A model generated the notes under the pieces. The model was given only the letters and a program-made list of their open reading frames with translations, was not told the DNA's origin and did not search any database. DNA of 45,417 nucleotides from a virus (lineage: Duplodnaviria > Heunggongvirae > Uroviricota > Caudoviricetes), in the IMG/VR virus record IMGVR_UViG_2675903468_000006. The stretch is one strand, 5' to 3'. Of the stretch, positions 1-8,628 are shown one piece after another. The position numbers and the translations under genes were made by a program. Positions within the stretch are counted from its first letter, which is position 1. Each line of letters opens with the position of its first letter.

Positions 1-675
1 ATGTGTGGACGTTTCTCACAATCAATGACCCGCGATGACTATCTGGCTCTGCTGGCTGATGAATCCGATCGCGATATTCCCTATGACCCTGAACCAATCG
101 GGCGATTCAACGTGGCGCCAGGTACCAAAGTCCTGCTGCTGAGCGAGCGCGACGAGCAACTGCATCTGGATCCGGTATTCTGGGGATATGCGCCCGAATG
201 GTGGGATAAACCTCCGCTGATTAATGCGCGCGTTGAGACTGCGGCCACCAGCAGAATGTTCAAGCCCCTGTGGCAGCATGGCCGGGCTATCGTGTTTGCG
301 GATGGTTGGTTTGAGTGGAAGAAGGAAGGCGACAAGAAGCAGCCATATTTCATTCACCGGGACGACGGACAGCCGATATTCATGGCGGCGATCGGCAGCA
401 TACCGTTCGAACGCGGAGATGATGCCGAGGGATTCCTGATTGTGACGTCAGCAGCTGATAAGGGACTGGTAGACATTCACGACCGTCGCCCTCTCGTCCT
501 GTCGCCTGAAGCTGCGCGAGAATGGATGCGACAGGATATAGGCGGGAAGGAAGCCGGAGAGATAGCAGACGACGGGGCGGTGCCGGCAGATAAATTTATC
601 TGGCACGCCGTGACACGCGCCGTTGGCAATGTGAAAAATCAGGGACCTGAGATGATCGAGCCAGTCATGGATTAA
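1..675 (+). CDS. yedK: SOS response-associated peptidase (SRAP/YedK family, abasic-site processing)
   Basis: N-terminus MCGRF with Cys2, about 224 aa, overall SRAP-like sequence. Confidence 0.8.
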   Translation: MCGRFSQSMTRDDYLALLADESDRDIPYDPEPIGRFNVAPGTKVLLLSERDEQLHLDPVFWGYAPEWWDKPPLINARVETAATSRMFKPLWQHGRAIVFADGWFEWKKEGDKKQPYFIHRDDGQPIFMAAIGSIPFERGDDAEGFLIVTSAADKGLVDIHDRRPLVLSPEAAREWMRQDIGGKEAGEIADDGAVPADKFIWHAVTRAVGNVKNQGPEMIEPVMD

Positions 676-1043
676 ATCGTCGGGTAGCTATCATCGCTCA
701 ACGCCCGGTTGATGAAGTACGTTACACGACCAATCACTTCCACCTCTTCCAGCGCGCTCCCCTCTATCGCCTCGCCATCTTCAGATATCAGTGCTTTACC
801 TGCCAGTTTTACAAACTGCACTTCACCACCAGCAAGAACGGCGAGTGTATCTCCCTGTCGCGCATTCAGCGACACGTCGATAACCGCGTATCCCTCTGAC
901 GTTTCCAGGATTCGACTATTCATTGATATCCCGCAAAACATATCGACTGTTAAGCGCCTTGAAAGATAATCAGCAGCCGGTGATGGAAATCCCATGTCAT
1001 AGCCCTCCGTTAGGGTTATAGAGCATGAACAAACGCTCCTCAC
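672..1043 (-). CDS. UmuD-like S24 peptidase (LexA/UmuD autoproteolytic family)
   Basis: GFPSPAADY motif as in UmuD, then GISM (cf. GDSM Ser) and downstream Lys; stop overlaps yedK stop on the opposite strand. Confidence 0.55.
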   Translation of the reverse strand: MRSVCSCSITLTEGYDMGFPSPAADYLSRRLTVDMFCGISMNSRILETSEGYAVIDVSLNARQGDTLAVLAGGEVQFVKLAGKALISEDGEAIEGSALEEVEVIGRVTYFINRALSDDSYPTI

Positions 1044-1278
1044 CTTCCGTAGGGGAAATATCCTTGAACGTGCTTATGCTGGCCTCTATCCATGCATTTG
1101 CATCCCGCAAGGAGAAATCCCAGTTCACCTTTTTCAGTTCCCGCACAAAATCAACTGTTCGTAGTGTCCTGCGACCGCTGGGCTCAACAACTACAGCAGA
1201 CCTAAATGCGGCCTCAATGTCATAACGACGCGGCATAAGCCCTCCACACAAAATACTGTTCATATATACAGTATTCAT
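997..1278 (-). CDS. Hypothetical protein upstream of and overlapping the UmuD-like gene
   Basis: 93-aa ORF overlapping the next gene by 47 nt in another frame; no recognisable domain. Confidence 0.3.
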   Translation of the reverse strand: MNTVYMNSILCGGLMPRRYDIEAAFRSAVVVEPSGRRTLRTVDFVRELKKVNWDFSLRDANAWIEASISTFKDISPTEGEERLFMLYNPNGGL

Positions 1279-1525
1279 TCATGATGGATACAGATCAAGC
1301 ACTGTTGGACAGGCATCTATTAACTTGTTGTTTTATTTGTGTATATAGTTATAAGTATGGAAATGTACTGAACTCATAGACCGTATTGTCGGTTATGAAT
1401 GTTCTTGATGACATTCATGTGGTGATAACTTTGAGTGTTCATAAGTGGACAAAATAATATAAAATCTCTATATTGCAATAACAAAATATATACACCAACA
1501 ATATAATTAGAAAGGCTTAACAATA

Positions 1526-2587
1526 ATGTTAAAACAGCGAAATTTAGGAATTGAGGCTCTAAGGATTTTTAGCTTCATAATGGTAGTTACTATACACACA
1601 GCTCCTGAATACAGTATTGGTGGAAATAATAATATTACTGCGTTAATATTGCAGTCGTTATCAAGGGGTGGATTTATATGCTTTTTTATTATAAGTGGAT
1701 ACTTTGCCCTTAACGATAACATTAAAGACATTAAGAAATACTACTATAATAAGATGATAACTATAGTTTTCCCATTTATTATATATGCTTATATACACTA
1801 CTTCATGGTTCATAATAATTTCGGCACATCATTAGAATTATGGAAGAATTTCATTTCTTTTGATGAACTAAAATCTTTTGTTAACGCGATCATGATTGGT
1901 CCATCTTTCAATGGTCCAAAGTTCATGTCTCTGCATTTCTGGTTTGTATACTGGATAGTCGGAGCATTTATTGTTTCTCCTTTCATTGCGTACATAGTAA
2001 ACCTTATACCTTCAGAAAAAAGGATGAGTGCAATATTTGTTTTAATCTCCTTAAATATGTTCCACTTGTACATAACGCGATATATCCCAAAGGCGAACAT
2101 TATATTCTTACCTTACATTGTTAATGGTTGGTTTTTGTATTTTCTAATTGGTGGCTTATTGAATGGCATTAAAGTGACGAATCCAATTAAAACATCAATG
2201 CTTATGTTCATGTCTGGTTATATTCTTACCATCATAATAACTGTATTAAATTATAATGTATTAGGCATTAAAAAAATGCCATACGGCGAAGATATTAATA
2301 TGATATTAATGGCTACAGGTCTATTTATTATGTTTTATAATTCTAACATTAAATGGCCAGCTAGTTTAACTCTGGTAATATCACGACATTCATACTCAAT
2401 GTATTTATGCCACGTATTTATACTTTATTTTATTTCAGGTTTACTGAAGCCAGTGACTGACATCTATTTTATAAATATAATATTTAAAATATTAACAGTT
2501 TCAATACTGTCGTTCATTTTTGCTTACTTGGTTGACACATTTATAGTATTTAAAGCAACCAGATTTTTTAAACAACTATACAAATAA
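1526..2587 (+). CDS. Acyltransferase-3 family membrane protein (OafA/Oac-like O-antigen O-acetyltransferase)
   Basis: Multi-pass hydrophobic 353-aa protein; N-terminal R...H motif (EALRIF...TIHTAP); strongly AT-rich; SD agaaagg. Confidence 0.75.
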   Translation: MLKQRNLGIEALRIFSFIMVVTIHTAPEYSIGGNNNITALILQSLSRGGFICFFIISGYFALNDNIKDIKKYYYNKMITIVFPFIIYAYIHYFMVHNNFGTSLELWKNFISFDELKSFVNAIMIGPSFNGPKFMSLHFWFVYWIVGAFIVSPFIAYIVNLIPSEKRMSAIFVLISLNMFHLYITRYIPKANIIFLPYIVNGWFLYFLIGGLLNGIKVTNPIKTSMLMFMSGYILTIIITVLNYNVLGIKKMPYGEDINMILMATGLFIMFYNSNIKWPASLTLVISRHSYSMYLCHVFILYFISGLLKPVTDIYFINIIFKILTVSILSFIFAYLVDTFIVFKATRFFKQLYK

Positions 2588-2595
2588 GAACTATC

Positions 2596-2632
2596 TACTC
2601 GCCAACTCCATCCAGTGAAGTTGGCGAGTTAT
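2596..2632. terminator. Hairpin between convergent acyltransferase and tailspike genes, T-run on plus strand
   Basis: About 10-bp inverted repeat CTCGCCAACT...AGTTGGCGAG followed by ttatttatt. Confidence 0.5.
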
Positions 2633-4759
2633 TTATTGAAGGTATCCTTTTTTGTTTTTCAGCATACGTGTCAGTGCTTCAGCCCACGCAGCCATGATAC
2701 TAATTTGTCCATCAACTGTTGGGTGAATGTTATCCCCATACCAACCAAGATTAGCCCCAAAATTCCTGCGCATATCAGCAAATTCATAGCCATTCTGGAT
2801 GCAAAACTTTTTCAATGCATGAGTATACTTTGCATGTGCAGCATAGTTTGAAGTGGTAACACCGTGAATGCCACTATTTGCCTCGGTAGTAAATATGGGG
2901 AAAATGCCGAACACAGGAATTGCACCAGCGGAAACTATTTTATTAGCGATTGTCTGCAGGTTAGTCGTGTACTGTGCTACAGCCACGCCACCCTGCTGAT
3001 CATTAGTTCCGATCATGCACAGAACTACTTTATGAGGCGAGTAATCAGTGGGCGAACCGTCTCCAGTAGCCCAATACGCTGAACTGGTTCCGCTGACAGC
3101 ATAGTTGGTGATACTTACTTTACCAATATTATCTGAGTTTTGAATAAATGATGGTAACAATCTAACTATGTCATTACTACACCAAGCTCCATAACTAATT
3201 GAGTCGCCGATAACACCGATACTTAGAGGCCGCTTAACTCTTAGTTTAAAATTTGTTGTTTTCAGACAATCAAGGAATGTTACACCTGCAGCATCACCTG
3301 CCTGAGATAATATAAAACCAGCATTAACAACAGTCCCATTGAATCTGTACACAGGCAATCCATTTAGTACAAATGTCATAACAGAATCGTTTACAACGAA
3401 CCCTAGGTTTACCTGCTGATTACTAATCCAGCCATATGCGCCACCATTTGGCAATGTGTATTCTTCATTTATTGTTTGTGAACCTGAGAAATTAAATCCT
3501 TTAACAGACAGTTTCCCTGATGCTACAGTTATTGAAGCAAAAACAACGGCACTTGATGTTTTTATAAAAACACCGCATGACTCAGCCTGTCCACTTGTAA
3601 ACGCATTAATCTCATAAAGAGATCCATTCTCTGGCGCTGTTGGATATAGAACTTGCGGGTTTGCTGCGAAATCAGATGACCACGTCACAGTGTTTGATGT
3701 TACGGTTCCTGTCCCTGATGCGCTAATGTCTCCTGTTGAAACATTATAGATGGTCTGATTCCAGGTTGTAAGATTCACAATAGAAGCCGACTCATTGAGC
3801 GACATATTAACTAAACCAGGAGCAACATTGTACAACTCCTTCAAGTCAATAAATGTATTTGCTGGCTTAATTAAAGTTGTTCCGCTTACAGGATTTTCAA
3901 TTCTTAAATTAGTTAATAAGCGTAAATCTTTCGTGTTAGGATTTTCGTCAACTTTAAAGGTCACTCCCTCATCGGCATGGATTTTAACTCCAGACAGATC
4001 AGGTCTTGCCCCTGAATAAAGTACGACACCAGCTCCTGAGAAATATAAAACCTCGTCTTTAGCGGACAGATAGTTACGGGCGTTATTAAATTGCGTTACC
4101 CCGTCATTAAACCCATCATATTTAATACCCCATTGGCGAGCCTCCTTTGGAGTTTCAGCTTCTACGTACAGGCCGTTAGAAATGACGAAAATGCTACCAC
4201 CATCCTCGGTCGCTGAGCCGCTATGTACTACACCGTAATTACCACCACCATCACCAACGGAGTAATAACCAAGCCATCTGACATGATCACCTTCCTTTAG
4301 ATTACCTGATCTCATATCAGAAACCGTCTGAAATACCCGAGAATACTGGTCGTTTAGGTATCCGTTGTTCAGGTCTGATCGTAGAGAAGCATCACCGACT
4401 CCAACCCACGCCCCCGGCCCTACACCGCCAGTTGAGTCTGGCGTTGAACCAGGGGGGACTACTTTGGGGAATTCACCATCCCATCTGTAGTATTCCCCGT
4501 TACTCTCCCAGCGCAGGCACTCGTTAACAAGGCTAATGGTGCTGCCAGCTTCAAAAGAATCCTTCGTGATATAGCCATAATTCACTATTGCCTGATTTGC
4601 ATCGTAATTAATACCGGCAATTGTACGATGCTCATCGCCAAATCTGTCAACATAAACATGGTCTTCCGAGGTCACGAACTCATCAATCTTTCCGGCGTTA
4701 AACTTCAGATCGCGTGGTGATTCGCTTGGGACAGACAAATTGGTAGGTTGCGTAGCCAT
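2633..4759 (-). CDS. Tailspike/tail fibre with C-terminal SGNH (GDSL) esterase domain
   Basis: C-terminal GDSISYG, GTND and DNIHPT blocks; fibre-like N-terminus; last gene of tail operon; AT-richer than upstream tail genes. Confidence 0.75.
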   Translation of the reverse strand: MATQPTNLSVPSESPRDLKFNAGKIDEFVTSEDHVYVDRFGDEHRTIAGINYDANQAIVNYGYITKDSFEAGSTISLVNECLRWESNGEYYRWDGEFPKVVPPGSTPDSTGGVGPGAWVGVGDASLRSDLNNGYLNDQYSRVFQTVSDMRSGNLKEGDHVRWLGYYSVGDGGGNYGVVHSGSATEDGGSIFVISNGLYVEAETPKEARQWGIKYDGFNDGVTQFNNARNYLSAKDEVLYFSGAGVVLYSGARPDLSGVKIHADEGVTFKVDENPNTKDLRLLTNLRIENPVSGTTLIKPANTFIDLKELYNVAPGLVNMSLNESASIVNLTTWNQTIYNVSTGDISASGTGTVTSNTVTWSSDFAANPQVLYPTAPENGSLYEINAFTSGQAESCGVFIKTSSAVVFASITVASGKLSVKGFNFSGSQTINEEYTLPNGGAYGWISNQQVNLGFVVNDSVMTFVLNGLPVYRFNGTVVNAGFILSQAGDAAGVTFLDCLKTTNFKLRVKRPLSIGVIGDSISYGAWCSNDIVRLLPSFIQNSDNIGKVSITNYAVSGTSSAYWATGDGSPTDYSPHKVVLCMIGTNDQQGGVAVAQYTTNLQTIANKIVSAGAIPVFGIFPIFTTEANSGIHGVTTSNYAAHAKYTHALKKFCIQNGYEFADMRRNFGANLGWYGDNIHPTVDGQISIMAAWAEALTRMLKNKKGYLQ

Positions 4760-4764
4760 ATTGA

Positions 4765-4800
4765 TTCCATAAAAAAACCCGGCACGGTGGCCGGGTTTGG
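4765..4800 (-). terminator. Intrinsic terminator after the J-like gene
   Basis: Minus-strand CCCGGC-loop-GCCGGG hairpin followed by a T-run; tailspike ATG about 14 nt beyond. Confidence 0.5.
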
Positions 4801-4817
4801 TTGGTCGGGGACGGTTC

Positions 4818-7295
4818 TTATTGGTAGATTGCGTCGCTGTATTCCGCGACGGTCAGAGATACCGTGTTATCTGTGTTCGGTTTGATGCTGTTGACCGTCC
4901 ATAGCTGACTGTCCAGTTCCTCCACTGTCGCAATGAGGTAGCGCGACGGGAGCTGTACAGTGTCTCCGTTCCATATGTTGAGCTGAATGTCGGGTATTGC
5001 CGCGGTGAAGCCGTACTTCGTGTCACCGCGGGCCGTCGCCGGATAGCGCAGCGTCGGATTACCCAGGCTGTCGGTCACCAGCACGTACATATCCCCGGAA
5101 AAGGTGAGCGGCTCGCTGGTATCGAAGTTATTCCCGGCGCGGCCGGTGATGTAACCCTGTTGCTGGTTGCTGTCGTAGATATCAGGCATCTGAATGACGC
5201 TGCCAACCTGGATAATACCGTCCTCAAACACTTTTGCGTTCATCTTCACCCGGGAGTAGATTAGGCGCTTCGTTTCGCGCAGCGCGCGTTCGCGCGCCTG
5301 ATACTCGTTACGGAAGCCGACAATTTCGATCTTATTCGGGTTCTCCGCTTCCTGCTCGACGATAACGCCGTTCAGAACACGGTAGTTGATGTACGTCTTG
5401 TTGTTCGTGGTCGGGTGAACGTAGGACACCTGCACGCCGTCGTAACCGCCTGGAAGAGTAGCCTCGTACGTCATTTTGTACTCGTCCGTCTTCATGTTGG
5501 CCCGGTTGAATACGGCCGCCGGGTAGCCAACTTTCTGGTCCCTGGTGAACGTGAGCACACCGTCGTCCCAGTACGCCACCACAGATGCCGCATTGCAGAT
5601 CGCCTGCACGCGGTCTCCCAGAGAGTCGTTCTCATCATCAAAGGTATAGTCGAAGTAACCAAGGCGCTCATCAGGCAGGCTTTCGGCGATCGAATACAAC
5701 CCATACAGGTCAATGCTGCTTACGGGCTGCTCACCCATAATCAGCCATGTGTGAGCCACTGCATCAGCGAATGAACGCGACGGACGCAGCGTGTAATCTA
5801 CCGTCTGCGTGTCCAGATCGTACGTGATGGTGTGCCGCGTTACCAGGGCGTTGTATTTGCGGTCGCGGCTGCCCAGCGCGTTCTCTGTAGCCCTAACCTT
5901 CACGCGCACCAGCGTATCGGTTGGATGGACAACGTTTGTTCGCACGTTTACGGCGTGGATTTCCTCAAGTTTGAGTATCGACGCATCACCAGAGTTATCG
6001 GTGCGCTGCAGGTTAATGGCGTACTTCCCGAAGCCGCCAGTCGGCACTATCTTGTCGGTCCGATAGAATGTCTCGCTATCCTGCTTGTGCCAGGTTGTCT
6101 GCTTGAACACCAGCGTCTGCTGAGTGCCAGGGATCATGTTGTAGTCGTCATCAATTTTCCAAAGCACCACCTTCCAGTTGGTCTGCTTCTTCGGACCGAG
6201 GCTACTTTGGGTATGGATCCACAACTGCGTTGATTCAACCGGAGAAAAGAACGGACCTACGACCAGCGCTTCGTTGTCGTTCAGCACGAACTTCGTCGTG
6301 TTGATCGTTGCGGTAGCGGGGATATCTGGCGGGCCATCCAGGTCGCCCATGGTGAAGGTGTACCAGCGGACTGGGTTTATCACCGCGCCGTCGTTTGTCT
6401 CTACAGCTGAAACAAGCGTGCCGGAGAACGTGGCGTCAGTAGTTACCGAACCAGAGGCAGTCGCGTAAGTGACGTTTATGTCGAACGAGACGGCATGCGG
6501 CAATACCAGGCCCATGAAATAGTCAAATTCCGCCTGTTTAACGATTTTCACCGCTATCTGACCGCCGGCATACGTGCCGCTGACCACTGTGTTGGCTGTA
6601 GCGGTTTCAACAGGGAACGATTCGCCCTGGTTCGCACCCGGGACTTCCTGCCCATCGACGTCATCGAAGCTGTAGCCTTCGTTAATCGACGGGATTACCT
6701 CGCCAGGCTGAATGAACTGGTATTCGGCTCCGGCCATGCTTCCAAGGCTCGATTCTGAGTAGCGCACAGACTCATAATTGTACTTGCCAATCCCGATACA
6801 CATCCATTCCGTCACGTACTTCTTGCCACCGTCTCGCACGCCAGTGCTGATGTACTCAAACAGTGATTCCTGAATCAGGTCTGGGAAAGAACGCACCTGC
6901 CCGTATATGTCCGGTTTGGCTTTATAGACGCGCGCGGTGTTTGTCTGACCGGTCAGGCTATTGTTTGGCGAGTCGACAGTGTTACCACCGGTATTTGCGA
7001 TTGCCGGCTTAGGCGCCAGAAAAGAAAATACAGACCCGACAACTTTGAAAATCGGGCTCAGGATGTCACTGACAATGCCCTTTGGCTGGTCGAAAATCTG
7101 GATGTTGTCCAGTTCGCTCAGCTCAAACGCCAGCTCGTCATCATCACAAAGCTTTACGCCGTTCCGGACAATCAGCAGATCGCGGTGAAAGGTAGCGTCA
7201 TTTGCCACCAGCCAGTCATAAAAAAGGGTGCCGTTTGGCACCCTGTAGCGTTCTTTTGGCGTCCCCGGGAAACGCTGAAGCTCAATCAACGCCAT
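4818..7295 (-). CDS. Tail tip / central fibre protein (host specificity protein J-like)
   Basis: 825 aa, follows the NlpC/P60 tail gene, at the distal end of the tail module. Confidence 0.55.
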   Translation of the reverse strand: MALIELQRFPGTPKERYRVPNGTLFYDWLVANDATFHRDLLIVRNGVKLCDDDELAFELSELDNIQIFDQPKGIVSDILSPIFKVVGSVFSFLAPKPAIANTGGNTVDSPNNSLTGQTNTARVYKAKPDIYGQVRSFPDLIQESLFEYISTGVRDGGKKYVTEWMCIGIGKYNYESVRYSESSLGSMAGAEYQFIQPGEVIPSINEGYSFDDVDGQEVPGANQGESFPVETATANTVVSGTYAGGQIAVKIVKQAEFDYFMGLVLPHAVSFDINVTYATASGSVTTDATFSGTLVSAVETNDGAVINPVRWYTFTMGDLDGPPDIPATATINTTKFVLNDNEALVVGPFFSPVESTQLWIHTQSSLGPKKQTNWKVVLWKIDDDYNMIPGTQQTLVFKQTTWHKQDSETFYRTDKIVPTGGFGKYAINLQRTDNSGDASILKLEEIHAVNVRTNVVHPTDTLVRVKVRATENALGSRDRKYNALVTRHTITYDLDTQTVDYTLRPSRSFADAVAHTWLIMGEQPVSSIDLYGLYSIAESLPDERLGYFDYTFDDENDSLGDRVQAICNAASVVAYWDDGVLTFTRDQKVGYPAAVFNRANMKTDEYKMTYEATLPGGYDGVQVSYVHPTTNNKTYINYRVLNGVIVEQEAENPNKIEIVGFRNEYQARERALRETKRLIYSRVKMNAKVFEDGIIQVGSVIQMPDIYDSNQQQGYITGRAGNNFDTSEPLTFSGDMYVLVTDSLGNPTLRYPATARGDTKYGFTAAIPDIQLNIWNGDTVQLPSRYLIATVEELDSQLWTVNSIKPNTDNTVSLTVAEYSDAIYQ

Positions 7296-7698
7296 ATTCG
7301 AAAAACTCCACTTTGGTGAATGCCCGCTGAATGACCAGCAACGAGTCCATGCGCACGCTTCCGTTCTCGCCGCGCGAGTGCAGCGCCTGCCGGTTCAGTA
7401 CCAGGCCAACATGCGCAGGTTGCGCGCCGCGGTACCCGACGAATATCCCGCCATCGACCGGTTTATCGAGCTTGCGCCAGAAAACGACGTCTCCCTGATA
7501 GCAGGTGAAGAAATCCTCACCGGCTTCGTAGTCCGGCGTCTGGTGCAGTTCAATGCCGAGAACGTGCCGGTAATACAGCACCACCAGCCCCCAGCAATCC
7601 AACTTCTCGAACGAACAGGCCCGGTTAGCCCATGGCACGCCGATCACCTTCCGAACAAAATCAGAGGTACTGCAGGCCGGTATATTCCGTTGGGTCAT
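7282..7698 (-). CDS. Tail assembly protein with NlpC/P60 peptidase fold (gpK-like)
   Basis: DCWGLV Cys motif and downstream HVGLV His; position in tail tip cluster. Confidence 0.6.
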   Translation of the reverse strand: MTQRNIPACSTSDFVRKVIGVPWANRACSFEKLDCWGLVVLYYRHVLGIELHQTPDYEAGEDFFTCYQGDVVFWRKLDKPVDGGIFVGYRGAQPAHVGLVLNRQALHSRGENGSVRMDSLLVIQRAFTKVEFFEYGVD

Positions 7699-8131
7699 AG
7701 AGCCTTCCGATGTTGTTGTTCAGCGGGTTGGTGACGGACAGGGTTACTGACGCGGAGTCAGCATCGATGTCCACTGTCTTGACGTATAACTGCCAGGACT
7801 TAATCGGCACAGACACGTCCCCGCTGTCGAAGATCTGCCTTGTGGCCGTGATGGCCGTCAGCCGGGCCGCGCCCTTCCACTGCTTCATCAGCGCTTTGAT
7901 GTCCGACGAAAGCCGCCCTAACTTCACCGTCGCGTCGATTACCGGCGTGCCGCTCTGCTGACTCTCCTCGATTTCAAAGCGCGCGGGCGTGTACGTCTGG
8001 CCGCCGAGCGTCTTCGGAAAGAACTGCTTATCGACCAGGTGGATGTAGCCAAAGGATGGATGGTAGAAAGTAATGGTATCGTACAGCCCACGCGTCGGCC
8101 GTTGCTGCTTGTACTCCCTGAAGCTCTGCAT
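7661..8131 (-). CDS. Minor tail protein (gpL-like position)
   Basis: Position between distal tail gene and NlpC/P60 gene; coupled ends. Confidence 0.45.
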   Translation of the reverse strand: MQSFREYKQQRPTRGLYDTITFYHPSFGYIHLVDKQFFPKTLGGQTYTPARFEIEESQQSGTPVIDATVKLGRLSSDIKALMKQWKGAARLTAITATRQIFDSGDVSVPIKSWQLYVKTVDIDADSASVTLSVTNPLNNNIGRLYDPTEYTGLQYL

Positions 8132-8628
8132 TACGGCACCCTCGGAAGTGATTCTGGGTCTCTATTGTCCGGATAACCCGTAACCACGATATCCAGCCAC
8201 GAATCCCACGGTGGCGGCAGCTCTACAATGATGTCGTCGAACTCGTCGTCGGCGTTGTAGAGGTGGTTCGCAATAACTGTCCCTGTCCAGGTCACCACAC
8301 CGCCGTCAATACTGGTTTGCACCGGCATCTGCGTGAAGTGAAGCTCCTGCAGCTGCAGACCGCTACCGCCAAGGTTGATATTCATCCGGAACCAGTTCAG
8401 GCCCCGGTTGAGATAGTTCGGGCTGCGCAGCCACTGCTGGAAAGCGCGCTCCTGGTCCAGAGTGAAGATCCATGTCAGGGACCATGTCACTTTCAGGTCG
8501 TGAGTAAGGTTCTGGAAGATAGCCGGGCCGACCGCTGGCTGGTCGGTCTGGAACCCGGTATCGAGCGTCATATTTTTGCTGGCCTTCTGCGCCAGCGGAA
8601 GCCAGTCGGGATAGTCGATAATTGGCAT
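8131..8628 (-). CDS. Minor/distal tail protein (gpM-like position)
   Basis: Immediately downstream of tape measure with overlapping stop/start. Confidence 0.45.
   Translation of the reverse strand: MPIIDYPDWLPLAQKASKNMTLDTGFQTDQPAVGPAIFQNLTHDLKVTWSLTWIFTLDQERAFQQWLRSPNYLNRGLNWFRMNINLGGSGLQLQELHFTQMPVQTSIDGGVVTWTGTVIANHLYNADDEFDDIIVELPPPWDSWLDIVVTGYPDNRDPESLPRVP

Noticed and set aside
1279-1340. LexA (SOS) box upstream of the UmuD-like operon
   Set aside because: The palindromes seen are ACAG-N8-CTGT and CTGT-N3-ACAG, not the CTGT-N8-ACAG arrangement of enterobacterial LexA boxes.
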